From Negaprion brevirostris (taxonomy: Eukaryota): a DNA stretch of 64,000 bases. The stretch spans positions 91,434,129-91,498,128 of the forward strand of contig JARDVH010000084.1 in assembly GCA_030324005.1 (NCBI GenBank), read 5' to 3'. Below the pieces are notes generated by a model. The model ran no database searches. It saw only the letters and a list, made by a program, of their open reading frames with translations, and had not been told where the DNA came from. Positions 38,221 through 51,189 of this stretch are shown in pieces (the stretch's first letter is position 1; each line of letters begins with the position of its first letter). The translations under genes were made by a program, and so were the position numbers.

Positions 38221-39674
38221 NNNNNNNNNNNNNNNNNNNNNNNNNNNNNNNNNNNNNNNNNNNNNNNNNNNNNNNNNNNNNNNNNNNNNNNNNNNNNNNN
38301 NNNNNNNNNNNNNNNNNNNNNNNNNNNNNNNNNNNNNNNNNNNNNNNNNNNNNNNNNNNNNNNNNNNNNNNNNNNNNNNNNNNNNNNNNNNNNNNNNNNN
38401 NNNNNNNNNNNNNNNNNNNNNNNNNNNNNNNNNNNNNNNNNNNNNNNNNNNNNNNNNNNNNNNNNNNNNNNNNNNNNNNNNNNNNNNNNNNNNNNNNNNN
38501 NNNNNNNNNNNNNNNNNNNNNNNNNNNNNNNNNNNNNNNNNNNNNNNNNNNNNNNNNNNNNCATCGCTTTTCTTTCTTGCAAATGTTCCTCTTTTTCATA
38601 GAATTCAATATTTTTCCAGTTCTTTCGAATTCATAGCATCTTTCCTTCAACCTGAGTTCCACAGGCATGGTCTTCGCCAAAATATCGCACTTTTCCAAAA
38701 GATCCTTATCTCTCCTGACGATAGTCTTGATAATGGGCATTCACCAGCATTACCCATTAACGAACGTTGAATGCGAATTCTGTGCTTGTATAGCCGAATT
38801 TGGACAGCCAGTTACGTTGAGCATCAGAAAAGCTGCAGCAAACCTGCGTCTACTCTTTCTATAGTCAGAGCTTTACTTTAGCACGAGCGTGACGTTTGTA
38901 GCTTTCCATTCTCCTCAGAAGAATAGCCAATTATAACAAGATTATGTTTCAACCATGATTTTTTTCAGCCACACCATTGAATGTGTTGGACTTGGATTAT
39001 TTTGTATATTTAGTTTGGTCAACCTTGAAATCTGGAGGGTCACTTTCGCTGCCAGTTCTGCCCTGTCCTCATCCCGAAAAGAAAAATACAAAATACAAGC
39101 TTTGAACTGATGCAATAGTTTCATTTTGCGCCAACAGCCCCAGGAAAGTTTATATTCAATGAAGAATCTGTTAGGTATACGATAATGCAAAAGTTCATAG
39201 AAAGCACGTTGATGGATGACGTTCAATTATGTATACAGGATATTACTTTTTCTTGCAAATATTTAATTATAAAATTACCCAGGCCAGGTCTGCTCTCACT
39301 GTGCTTGTACTGGCCGCCCATTTATTAAGCACTATAAGTTACGGCCGTGCTTCTTCACAGCAGCTAAACCAATTCCTATTATGCTGTGATCATTTTTCCC
39401 TAATATGAGAGTATATACAATTGACCTACCTGACGACCTAATCGACGGGAATGACATCAAACAATTTCCCCTTACATGTTGAATATCTGAGCACATGATC
39501 AAGTGAATACTACGTAATACACGTTGAAACTTGTGAAAACTCTCCACTCATTACAGCACTGCAATAGCTCATTTTGAATATGCTTTACGTGACCTGCTCA
39601 CAAAGTCCCCAATACCGTGAAAATATTAAAATTCAAATAAGCTCTCCCTTTCGTCAATTTCCTCCCATACTTAC

Positions 39675-39701
39675 AATTGGCTGAAGAACCTTCCACTGGT
39701 T
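39675..39701 (-). CDS. 27-nt microexon EPVEGSSAN
   Basis: ctattttattaaag|AACCAGTGGAAGGTTCTTCAGCCAATT|gtaagt; non-helical, possible linker. Confidence 0.55.
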
Positions 39702-41371
39702 CTTTAATAAAATAGTAATTGATTATAATCGATGAAATATCAACGTTTTAGTTATAGTAAAATATTATCAATTAATGAGATATATAAATGGCATGGCATA
39801 TTTCTCTTTGGTTGCGCCGCTATAGATTGCACAATTATATGTTTGCACAACGGTTAGTTCGTCTTTATAATAAGTGGATGGAAAGTCAAACAAGAACAAA
39901 CATGGCAGAGGGGTACAGTGATGCTTAGATGTTGTATTCCTCTTTTTTTAAAATGCGGTGATGTGTTCGTTCCAAGATAATTAACATGTAGCTGAATTTG
40001 CTCACTCCAGCATTTTAGAGTCGATTCTATTGCAGAATGCTTAATTCCCGTTCCCTTGGAAGCAATGACCTGGGCCGGCATTCTCTGGCAGATAGGAAGT
40101 GCCCATATAGTGTTGCCCATCATGATTACTAGAAAGACAGTTGCTTTAACTTGCACCCACATACAAATATGATGACTTTTTCTTGTTTCGTGGGCGTCTT
40201 TTATTATTCATTGACATTTTCTGCTAACAAAGTTAAATTTTCCTCGTTAATCTCATGTGACTGTGCGTTTTCTGAAATTCTGCAGGCAATCTGGGCAGTA
40301 TTATCTAAGTGGATTCTTCCGGCTCACAGTGCATTTTACTTGTATTCGAGTAGAGAGTTGCTTTTCTTGCCTGCAGTGAACATATTCACAAATCAATTGA
40401 CTCTTTGAATGACGCGGATGCTTAACAAAGTTGTTTTACTCCAAATAGGTCCAATGCTAATAATGCTGGGATATCTGTTTCTGGACAGGATTTGGGGACA
40501 AATCTGCCTCCAAACTTGGGTAGCGACTCAAGTTATGAATTGCAATCGCCTCAAACTTTCTTTTAGTTTGTGTGGCTCATTGGTGTTTAGTTAGGCCAGG
40601 GAGGTGTGCCCTCAAAGACATTGCTTCTCCGCTTTCTCATAGAGCGTTTGCAGTGAATGGCTGAGCTCCAATGTGTGAATCTGAAACTGTTGCTTCAAAC
40701 AAGATCCAGAATATTTTTGGCAAATGGAGTAACTCCATCGCTTTATAAATATGCATCTCACACCTGCAATTACTTAATCGGCTCCGGCGTAATTTTATGA
40801 TGTGATGGAAAGTAATTCAACAAAGTCATTTATTTTTACCCCTGCATTCGTATTTTTAATCACTTAGGCATTCCTTTCCTCATCTGTTCGTTTGCACTTT
40901 TTCTGGTCTGGCAAAAACCACTGCGAATATTAGCATTTTGCACGGTTTCAACATCATTCATTGATTTGGCTGATGAGTCTTACCCTGCTTTGAGCATGCT
41001 GCTCATGAATTATCGCCTCCTTTCCTCATTGCTGTTTACTATCGCTTCTCATGATCTCATATTGTTTATGTTGTTCAAGGACCTTTGTTTCCAAACACTC
41101 GTCCTAGCTATTCCTGAATTCTCCCCGAAAGCCAATGCCTTTTAAACTTATTGATTTGGACCTTGTAAGAATGTATCAAAGTGATTCTCTTTTAATGGTA
41201 ACTACGTAGGGAATATGGCGGTCTAATGAGATTTAATACTTCATATAAACCAATCTATGAAATGTTGATTCCGAATACTGAAACATTCGTAAGGGACCGA
41301 AATGCTGAATCAGTCTAAGTGAAAATAAAAAGCAAGGATCGAAACCTCTTCNNNNNNNNNNTCAGGACTTC

Positions 41372-44300
41372 TGAAGTAGGGCATTATATAAACAAGTAAA
41401 TAATAACGGTTTGTAAGAAGATGTGACAGTAACTGAGTGATTTTAGCAAGCACATTGATACGATCAGTCAACTTGGCAAGGATAACCTTAAGGGAAGGTT
41501 CATAGAGTTTATGGCGGATTATTTCTTCGGGAAAAATGCGATGGAGCCAACAAGAAAACTGGCTACTTTAGATTTGGTATTACGTGACGCTGAAGGATTT
41601 ATAAACAGTCTTGTCGTTAAGTATCCTCTTGGAAGGAGTGAGCACAGCATGCTAGAGTTTCACATTTGAATTGCAGGAGTGAAGACAGAATCGGATAATA
41701 GGGCTTTAGTGTTTGGGAAAAGATAAACAGGCCTGAGGAAGGAGTTGGCCCTCATGGATTGGTCAAACATATTAAAGCGCTGGGAAGTTCAAGAGCGGTG
41801 GGAAATGTTTATGGGAGATACTAACTACCTCTCAATTTAAGTATATTCCTGAGAGGGAAAGGACATGAAAGAAGGGAAAAAAATCATCCAGGGCTTAACA
41901 AGGAAGTCAAGAATAAAGTAAAGTTCCAACTTCGGGCCTAAAATGCTCCAAAAGTTAGTGGGACTTTGGACGATTGGGACAATATTCAACATCAGCAAAT
42001 AATTACTAAAAACGAATCATAAAGATCCAGGATGAACTGCGAAAGGAAACTACCAGAAGACATAAGCATCAATTCCAGAAGTTTCTATAAGTATATACAA
42101 AGAAGAGAATAGTGAAAGTAATGTTACCATTTAGAGGACGATACTGGCGAGATAATAACTGGAAACCCAGAAATAGTAGAGATACTAAACCAGTACTTTT
42201 TCTCTGTATTCACTCTGTATTCTGGGGCAGCGGTAATGCCACTGCACTGGTGATCCAGACAGGTTGCTCAGGGGAACGGGAGTTCAAGACCCGCCAAAGC
42301 AGTGGGTGGAGTTTAAATTCAATTAATGACTTTAGGCTGGTACGGTGGCACAATTGATTAGCACTGCTACCTCCACAGTCTCTGTTCACTTTGTGGAGTT
42401 TGTCCGGTTTCTCGTTGTCTGCGTCGGTTTCCTCCGAGGGTTCCAATTTTCTCTCACAGTCGAAAGATGCGCATAATAGGTTGATTGACCATGCTAAATC
42501 GTCCATTATTTTCAGTGGGATTCAGCACAGTAAATATGTGGGGTTATGGGGATGGGGTTGGGTAGAATTGTTGTTGGTGTAGGGTCGATGGGGCAAGTGG
42601 CCTCCTTCTAAACTACAGTAATACTGTGAAGAAATAAGGGAAACAATAATGGGGAAGTATAGGCCAGGTGGTTCGACCTCTGTGGTGGGGAAATTGCGAC
42701 AGTCAAACATTAAAGAGGAGATAACTGAACAGCTAGAAAAACAAAGCTCAATTCATCGGTGTCAGCACGGCTTACTGAAGATTAAGCAGCGCTTGACAAA
42801 CTTGCGTAAGATCTTTGAAGATGGAATAAGAAATGTGGATTACGGGGATCCTGTGAATGTGGTATAACTAGGCTTTCATAAGTCATTTTACAAGGTGCCA
42901 CATAAAAAAAAAACTGATCCAGGAGATTAGATACCATGGAGTTTGAGGTAGAATATAGGGTTGGATATTGGATTGGCCGGCTGACAGAAAGCCGAGTGTT
43001 AGGAAAGTAGGTCGCTCTGGATGGCGAACTGTAACCAATGGGATGCTGCAGGATTGAGTTCTCTCGCTTGAGCAGTTTGCAAACCATATAAATGAGCTGC
43101 AAGTGGGGACAAAGTGTAAATTGGTAAAAGTGAGGAGTAGTACTAAAATAGGTGGGACAGAAGGCTGTGATGAGGACGAAAGGAGTTTACAGATGGACAT
43201 GATAGACTAGGAGAACGGGCCCGAATCTGGCAGATGAACTGTAATGTTGATAAGTGCGTGTTTATCCATTTTGGCAGGAAAAAAAAATGAAAAGTCAAAT
43301 TATTATTTAAACGAGAAGCAGATTGAAAGTGTGGCAGGGCCGAGGGATACGTGTGTCCTTGTGTTTGATTCGCAGAATTTGGATATGCAGTTGCAGCATA
43401 TAACAAGAAAGCCGAATGGGATCTTGACATTTATTGCAAAAGGGCTGAATATTAGAAGTAAAGAAGCGCTGTCACAAACTTATAAAGTGTTGCGGAGACA
43501 GGATCTGGAGTATTGTGCCCGATTTTGATCTCCTTTATTGAGGACGGATGTGGTGGCATTGGAAGCAGTTCAAGTAAGCTTCAGCAGATTGATTCCAGGA
43601 ATGAAAGCGTTATAGTACGGAAAATGATTGGATAGGTTGGGCTAGTACTCGCTAGAGTTCAGAAGACGGGGGTGGGGATGGGGGGGCTATCAGATTGAGG
43701 TATATAAAATGCTAAAGGTGATTGAAAGGCGGATGTTCAACAGATATTTACCCTTGTGGGATAATTTAGAACAGGAAGCGTAGAGGAAAACACGCCCCTG
43801 TCAACATCAAAGGCGACACTACAGTTAAGAAAGCCCACCACCGTTTTTACTTTCTCAGAAGACGAAGGAAATTTGGCATGTCAGCTACGATTCTCACCAA
43901 TAGATGCACCATCGAAAATATTCTTTCTGGTTGCATCACAGCTTGGTGTGGATCCTGCTCTGTCCAAGACACCAGGAAACTAAAGGTCCCTGAATGTAGC
44001 CCAATTCATCACGCAAACCAGCCTCGTATCCATTAACTATGTCTACCCTTCCCGCTGCTTCAGAAAAGCAGTCAACATAATTAAGAACTCCACGCACCGA
44101 GGGATATAGCCTTAAAAGTTAATTTGTTAGTCACAAGTAAGGCTGACATTAACATTTCGATGAAGTTACTGTGAAATTCTCCCAGTTGCCACAATCCGGC
44201 GCCTGTTCGAGTTAGCACCTAACTAGCACGTTTTTTGGACTATGGAAGGAAACCGATGCAGACACAGGAGAATATGCATACACCACATAGACAACGACTC

Positions 44301-44990
44301 AAACCAGGAATCGAACCTGGGCCCCTGACGTTATGAAGCAGCGGAGCTAACTACTGTGCTACCATGCCATCCCTTCTGTCTTCTTCTGTGAGGAAAAAGA
44401 AAGGTCATGTACCACCTCACTCGAGCACAACTTCTTCCCCGCTGCTATCAGATTTTTGAATGAGCCTACCTTGCACTAAGTTGATCTTTCTGTACACCCC
44501 AGCTGTGACTGTAACACTACATTTTGCACACCTTTCCTTCTCTATGAATGGTATGGTTCGTCTGTGTATCGTGCAAGAAACAATACTTCTCGCTGTATGC
44601 GAATATATGTGACAACAATAAATCGAATCANNNNNNNNNNNNNNNNNNNNNNNNNNNNNNNNNNNNNNNNNNNNNNNNNNNNNNNNNNNNNNNNNNNNNN
44701 NNNNNNNNNNNNNNNNNNNNNNNNNNNNNNGATGAGAGGTGGTAAGTTCAAAACTGAGATGAGGAGACCCTAATTCTCTCAGTGGATTGTAAATCTATGG
44801 AACTCAGTATCCCAAAGTGCAGTGGAGGCAGAAGCGTCAAGAATTTCAAGAAAGATTCAGATGACAAAACGGAATAAAGTCAGCAGCAGGAAAGTGGAGT
44901 TTCGGGAAGGATTCGAACAGCCTTGATCATGCTAAATGGTGGAGCAGACTCGAAATGCTGAATTGCCTGCTTCCGCCTCAAAATCAGTTT
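41372..44990 (+). mobile_element. Long degraded CR1 ORF2 with nested SINEs (42230-42330, 42340-42620) and a Rex1/Babar insertion
   Basis: LDLVL endonuclease-end motif, KPNGILTFIAKG...LEYCARF, tail near 44930-44990. Confidence 0.8.
43795..44630 (+). mobile_element. Rex1/Babar LINE 3' end with nested V-SINE (44120-44370, minus)
   Basis: VKKAHHRFYFLRRRRKFGMS...RCTIENILSGCITAWCG; tail gtgacaacaataaatc. Confidence 0.8.
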
Positions 44991-45549
44991 TTACTGTGTT
45001 CCTGTAATTCTGGAATATGAAGTAGACAAGGTTCCTTTTCTTCTGTTAATGCAGTCTCTGTTTCAAACTCGTTTGAAATAATGCACACAACTCTGTGAAA
45101 GACGCATTAGAATTCAGTCATTTGACATAGAAGAAGTGCAAGTTCTCCAGAGTCTTTTCATGAATCGAAAAGTTAGACAAAGAGGACTGACTGCATTAAG
45201 TACTTCTGCAGGATAATAAACTTAAATTAACTTACAATATTCTTGGAATATTAAATTTCACTAAGGTTTTTAGGATAATTATTAAAAGTTGATCGGCTAT
45301 ATGGAGAGGCGTTTTGCTGTTGCTGACGAAATCTAATGCGAAAGACATAAGTTTCTGAGTCAGATTTCCCTCCATACAATTATTGGACGAGTTTAGAAAT
45401 TAAGGCACCAGTTTCTTTCTGTGCTCAGGCGTCTATCTAAATGACATTGGTGACAACTTTGCTGGTATATATTATTTGATATTACGTTTCTAAGGAAAAT
45501 TACTTTCTCGTAAGTTACACATTGAAGATCTTTTGATGGCGTTTCTCAC

Positions 45550-45585
45550 CGCTCAGCTGTTGAAGTTTCTCGCATTTTTCGAGCT
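45550..45585 (-). CDS. 36-nt microexon ELEKCEKLQQLS
   Basis: ctttttaactttcag|AGCTCGAAAAATGCGAGAAACTTCAACAGCTGAGCG|gtgaga. Confidence 0.82.
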
Positions 45586-45956
45586 CTGAAAGTTAAAAAG
45601 CAGACTTAAGTGTAGAGTTCCAGAAATCCGGAATGGCCTTTCCATTTAAGCATAGTGCAGTTTGTGCCGTTCTTGGGAGAGATTAGAAATGAATTCTGGT
45701 GGTACATTTGCAGCCCTGACTTTTTCTTGCATTTATGCCAAGTTGTGTAAAAATCACATGTTTTCGGTTTCTGCCATTAGGAAAGTCACGTGGCAAAGTT
45801 TACAGTATAATCTTTTGATTTCGTATTACTTTGATGCATTTTATGTGATTGCTGCACTCCATGTTCAAACATCCATACTGCTCAGGCGGCCCTATATATT
45901 AAAACGGCTAAACATTGCATAAAGTAACTAGAATATTTTAAATTCCAGATTTTTAC

Positions 45957-45983
45957 CATGACTTGCATCTTGCAGTTGTGTCT
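45957..45983 (-). CDS. 27-nt microexon ETQLQDASH
   Basis: cattattatttcatag|AGACACAACTGCAAGATGCAAGTCATG|gtaaaa. Confidence 0.8.
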
Positions 45984-46484
45984 CTATGAAATAATAATGA
46001 AAGTAAGATAAATAAAGAGGGAAACGTAAACAGGTTGAATTTATATAACGATTTCAGTCTAACAAATCGTTCAATGGCACTTTTTAAACAATTATGAAAC
46101 AAAATACTACAGACGGACGATACCGTAGTTTTTTTAAAAAAAAATCCTTCCTGAAGGAATGGAAACAGCGAAGTACAGGAGGGAAGGGACGCGAGAATGG
46201 CAGACGGATGTATTTCAAAGGTCAGTGCCTTGACGGGTGGACCATCGCCTGTGGTGTGCTTAAAATTCGGAAGGGTATAGGGATTGGAAATAGCCGAGTG
46301 TAGTTATGAGGACGGCTGCAGATTGGCGCAATTCACACAGGTAAAGCGTAGAAACGCTTTGGAGGGTTCAATTAAGTGATCAACTAAATTAAGATTCTGA
46401 GATTTGCTTCAATCGAACGTGTTAAGTATGGCTAAGAGTGTTTTGAATGACTTCAAGTTTACACAAGGTAGCATTTCTTCTGGG

Positions 46485-46830
46485 GAGACAATGGCCAAGT
46501 GGTATTGTCGCTAGGCTATTGATCAAGAAACTCTGCTAATATTCTGGATTCGAATCCTACCACGCCAACCTGGTGGAACGTGAATTCAATGAAAAGTGGC
46601 TTGAAATTAATAATCTGCACGCAAGCATGAACGTATGATCGACTGTCGGAAAAATCCATCTGATTCACGAATGTCCTTTACGGATGGAAATTGGCTGCCC
46701 TACCTGGTCTGGCCTACTCTGGAACTCGAAAGGACTACTCTGGAGCCACAGCAATGTGGTTGACTGCCCTTGGGCAACTCAGGATGCAATAAATGCTGGC
46801 CAGCCAGCGACGCCCATGTCCCTTAAGTTA
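46485..46830 (+). mobile_element. tRNA-derived SINE of a second family
   Basis: Head tggccaagtggtattgtcgctagg...ttcgaatcctaccac; tail caataaatgctggccagccagcgacgccc; relatives at 42230 and 62025. Confidence 0.6.
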
Positions 46831-47169
46831 ATAGAATAAAACAGGACACTGGCTTGCTTAATGGCTAGAGCGTCCCGTTTGAAAATAGGAAGGTCTCTTT
46901 CCAATGTTACCTCTTTTCTTCGCAAAATTTTAATATGATGACAATTAGAGATGTGTGGAGCAAGCGAGCGAGCGAGAGATATATGGACCAGCCTGGAGTG
47001 CATTCGCATAATCCAATCTTGAGTTAACTAAATTATAATTGAAGTTTCAGCACCAGGTAAACTAAGAAAGTAACAAAGCTGGGTCATATTATGAAAGTGG
47101 ACCGAATGTATACGTTATATATGACGAAACATCATTGGTGAAGCAAGTTATTTAATTGCCCATTCTTAA

Positions 47170-48790
47170 GTGCTCATGAGAATATACTTCTCATGCGCTC
47201 ATGAGAATATACTTCTCATGGGCACTTAGGTCTACATTCTTAAATTGCAGAAACATATGTGGCGTAAGGTCAACCACAATACTGTTAGGGTGAGCGTGGT
47301 TTGAATCCACGACACTAAGAAACGGAACTATAGTTCCAAATGAGGACGGTGTGTGTGTTGGAACACGTCGCTGGCTTTTCCAAATATCTTCTAACCTGGC
47401 TATTCTCCGTGGCAGAATTTGCTGGTTTGTAAAGTGCTCACGGATGAGACTTAGTGAGTTGCTGCAGTACATCTTGTNNNNNNNNNNNNNNNNNNNNNNN
47501 NNNNNNNNNNNNNNNNNNNNNNNNNNNNNNNNNNNNNNNNNNNNNNNNNNNNNNNNNNNNNNNNNNNNNNNNNNNNNNNNNNNNNNNNNNNNNNNNNNNN
47601 NNNNNNNNNNNNNNNNNNNNNNNNNNNNNNNNNNNNNNNNNNNNNNNNNNNNNNNNNNNNNNNNNNNNNNNNNNNNNNNNNNNNNNNNNNNNNNNNNNNN
47701 NNNNNNNNNNNNNNNNNNNNNNNNNNNNNNNNNNNNNNNNNNNNNNNNNNNNNNNNNNNNNNNNNNNNNNNNNNNNNNNNNNNNNNNNNNNNNNNNNNNN
47801 NNNNNNNNNNNNNNNNNNNNNNNNNNNNNNNNNNNNNNNNNNNNNNNNNNNNNNNNNNNNNNNNNNNNNNNNNNNNNNNNNNNNNNNNNNNNNNNNNNNN
47901 NNNNNNNNNNNNNNNNNNNNNNNNNNNGGCGGTGGTGGAGGGAATGAATATAGAAGCTGTTAAATGGGTTAATAGCGAGGCAGGTTGCCTTGTTCCGGAT
48001 GGCATCGAGCTTACTGCGTGTGTTGAAACTGCACTCATCCGAGAAAATACAGAGTTCTCTATCACAGTCCATGCTTGTACCTTGGAGATGGATGACAGTC
48101 TTTAGGATGTCAGAAAATGAGTTAGTCTCCACAGAATGCTCAGCATTTGATCTGCTCTTGTAGTCACAGCATTTAGGTTGCTGGTCCAGTTCAGTTTCTG
48201 GTCAATGATAATGTCTGGATATTAAGCAATGTTCATGGCATTGAACGTGCAAGGGAGAAGGGTGGGTTTTTTAATGGAATGGCCATTGGCTCGCATTACT
48301 GTGGCGTATATGTTATATGCCAGTTATCAGCTGAAGACTGAACGTTGTCCTTGTCTTGCTGTGTTTGGAAAAGGTCTCCTTCAGAATGAATGGAGTCGTC
48401 ATTGCACAATAATCAGAATTCCTCGCGACTTCATTCATTCCGAAGCAACCCTTTTTCAAACACAGCAAGACAAGGACAACGAAAAATCTTCATCTGCGTC
48501 ATCAATGACTCTCCCTCCATCATAGGAAAACGATAGGCTAATACCCCTATCGTTTTCCGATGATTGGCTAATTGGCTAATACCCCTATCGTTTTCCGATG
48601 ATGGAGGGAGAGTCATTGATGACGCAGATGAAGATTTTTCGCTCAGGAAAATACCCTGAAGAATCGCAATCATGCTTCGCGATTGAACTAATTTACAGCT
48701 AATGGCAACAGCTACCCTGCTCTGTGGTGGGGATATGACTCCAATCACTGGTTTGTTTCTCCCATTAATTCCCATTGATTCCTTTTTGTA
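47170..48790 (-). mobile_element. LINE (L2/CR1 group) RT and 3' portion
   Basis: Minus strand KIFICVINDSPSII RT segment; same family as 59635-60600 (+). Confidence 0.6.
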
Positions 48791-49559
48791 GAGGACTTAT
48801 TCCATCAAATCGGTAAGACGTTTGAATGATCAAATTGACCAAGTGTCATTGGGCTTTGAATGGCCTAGTTTAACGTTCAATAATTTCCAGGGAGAGGGAT
48901 GGTGTCTGTAACTAGGGAATAGAATTTGGACCAAGGATAAAAATCAACATTTCAGTACTTGCAGTATTTAGTTGAATGAACGTTATGTCCCTGCAATTCT
49001 ATGTATTGGATAGACCGGAAATCTGGCAAATATAAAGCCGTTGGTAGAGGGGCTTTGGAGATAAATTGTGCACCCTGCGAAACGTTGATTGATCCTTGTA
49101 AACAGAAAAACGTTCAGTTCTGTTGATGACCATCGGGACGTGGGCAGTCACTGTCGATTATGATTAATATGGCAGCCGTGGCATTTCGGAATGAAGCATT
49201 TGAGAATTCCTGTCCCTCTTGAGTTCAAAGCACTGTGCAGCTTTAAGGTGAGCCTTTTAAAAAAAAAATGTTTGGCATTTTAAACTAGCTTTTAAGAATT
49301 CAATTCTATTTGAAATGATATACTCGTATATTAATAATATTACTTTTCACAAAAGTGGCACTAACGCCAGGATACAACAGAATGGCCGTTTTGTTTTACT
49401 GTGTTACACAAGGTACAACCTGCTGTAAATCAATTAGATTTCTGAAACGGTTGACGTTTTGTTATAGTTTTTAGGTTGCTCTAAAACTACGAGATTTATC
49501 GAAGTATTGACAGTGCTGGTGCAGAAAGAGAGTAAGCGTTTTTTGGTGCTTCATAGGCT

Positions 49560-50335
49560 TGGAGACACATAGCTCCAAAAAGGTCGCTGGGTGCATCGTG
49601 CCAAGCCCCGAACTATTCTAATCTCATTTTCCAGTACTTAGTAGCCTTAATAATATGGCTATTCAAGTGCTCATATCATTTCCTCTTAAATTCTCCGAAG
49701 GCTCCTGCCTCTATCACTCTTTGAGCTAATGACTTCCAGATTTCCACCACCCATTGAGTTAAAACTTTTTCCCCCTAAATCCTGCTCATTAACTGAAAAA
49801 TATGGCGCCTTGTTATTGAAACCTCTAGTAAGTGGAATCATGTTTTTCCGTTTACCCTATCTATGTCCTTTATAACTTTGTACTCCTCAATTATGTCCGT
49901 CTTCNNNNNNNNNNCTCCGTCAGCCATCTCTGCTCTAAGGGAAAAAAAACTCTAGCATAACCAGCGTCTCTTCATAATGAAAACGCTCCAGCATAGGCAA
50001 CATCCTGCTAAGTCTGCTCTGCAGGGTTTCCACTGTGATTAAATCCTTCTTATAGTATGACGTCCAGAAATGCACACAGTACTCGAGCTGTGAACTGACG
50101 CACATATTATAAAGCTTCATTATAACTCCCCCGCTCCTCTATCCTATCTATGCCTTGGCTAATGAAGATAAATATCCCTTATGCTTTTTATCCATATTTT
50201 CTATCTGTCCTTCTGCCTTCAGGGATCTATGCCCATGAACCCCGAAGTTCCTCTGATCTTATGTATTTCTGAACGTCCCACGGTTCCTTGCGTTTTTATC
50301 CTCCCAAAATGCATTATAGCACACTTTTCAGGTTT
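49560..50335 (-). mobile_element. CR1 3' portion
   Basis: QLEYCVHFWTSYYKKDLITVETLQSRLSRMLP. Confidence 0.8.
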
Positions 50336-51189
50336 AGTGACGTTTCATTAACTAAATTACTCTCTCCAGGGATACTTCCAGACATTGTAACTTTTTTTAC
50401 ATTATGGCTTACATACCTGCTACAAAACTATCACATTCTGTATCCATGAATGACCTCCTTCTGCACTGCAGGGATTCTATGATTCTGTTAAAAGAATGCT
50501 TTACTGAGCTGTCCTGAAACTATTACATTTATTATGCCTTGATATTTTTATGCGTAACACAAGAAATGCATTATTAACTGACGCAGCTCCTGTGGTGCTG
50601 TTGGAATTCTGAATGGATTGGCAATTACGATTGTTATTTGCACAGCTGATCTGATGTTGCATGACTTGCGAATGTGTTAACAAATTGTATTGCATGTTAT
50701 ATAGTAGCTCTAAAGACATTAAACTTCTGAAGACATTGAAAGTATTTTTCCGACTGATAAATGTAATATAAATGAACGCAACTGCTTGATATTCTCTGAA
50801 GCACAGGAGGGATTGTCAGTGGACAAATGATACTCGCTGTTGGGGTATAATGAGTGGGATGAATGGACAAAGAAAATGAGTGGTGGATAAAATTTTGGTA
50901 TAAAAATTGATGCTAAATTAAGTTAAATGAGACTTAGGGCATCGTGCTAGGTGGACTCAAGGACAATTTGTTCCACGAAGCCATGGGACTTTTGAATGGT
51001 ATTCGGAGCCTTGTATTAAGTTGTTCTTTCCCTACATACCAGCCATGACTGTAAAACTATATTCGGCAACCACTCCCTTCTCTCTCTCTTTACAGTAAAT
51101 TTTGTTTGCACAGCATGCAAGAAACAACATTTTCATTGCATGCTAATACATGTGACAATAATACAAAACAAATCAGAGTGTGGGTTGGG

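Noticed and set aside
10562-48132. Long ORFs of 150-313 aa in the track
   Set aside because: Their length comes from N runs translated as X.
21099-50438. Additional 15-57 nt minus-strand exon candidates (21099, 35386, 36271, 39430, 50418)
   Set aside because: Open in phase 1 but with weak acceptors, very short introns or adjacent repeats; not distinguishable from chance without RNA data.
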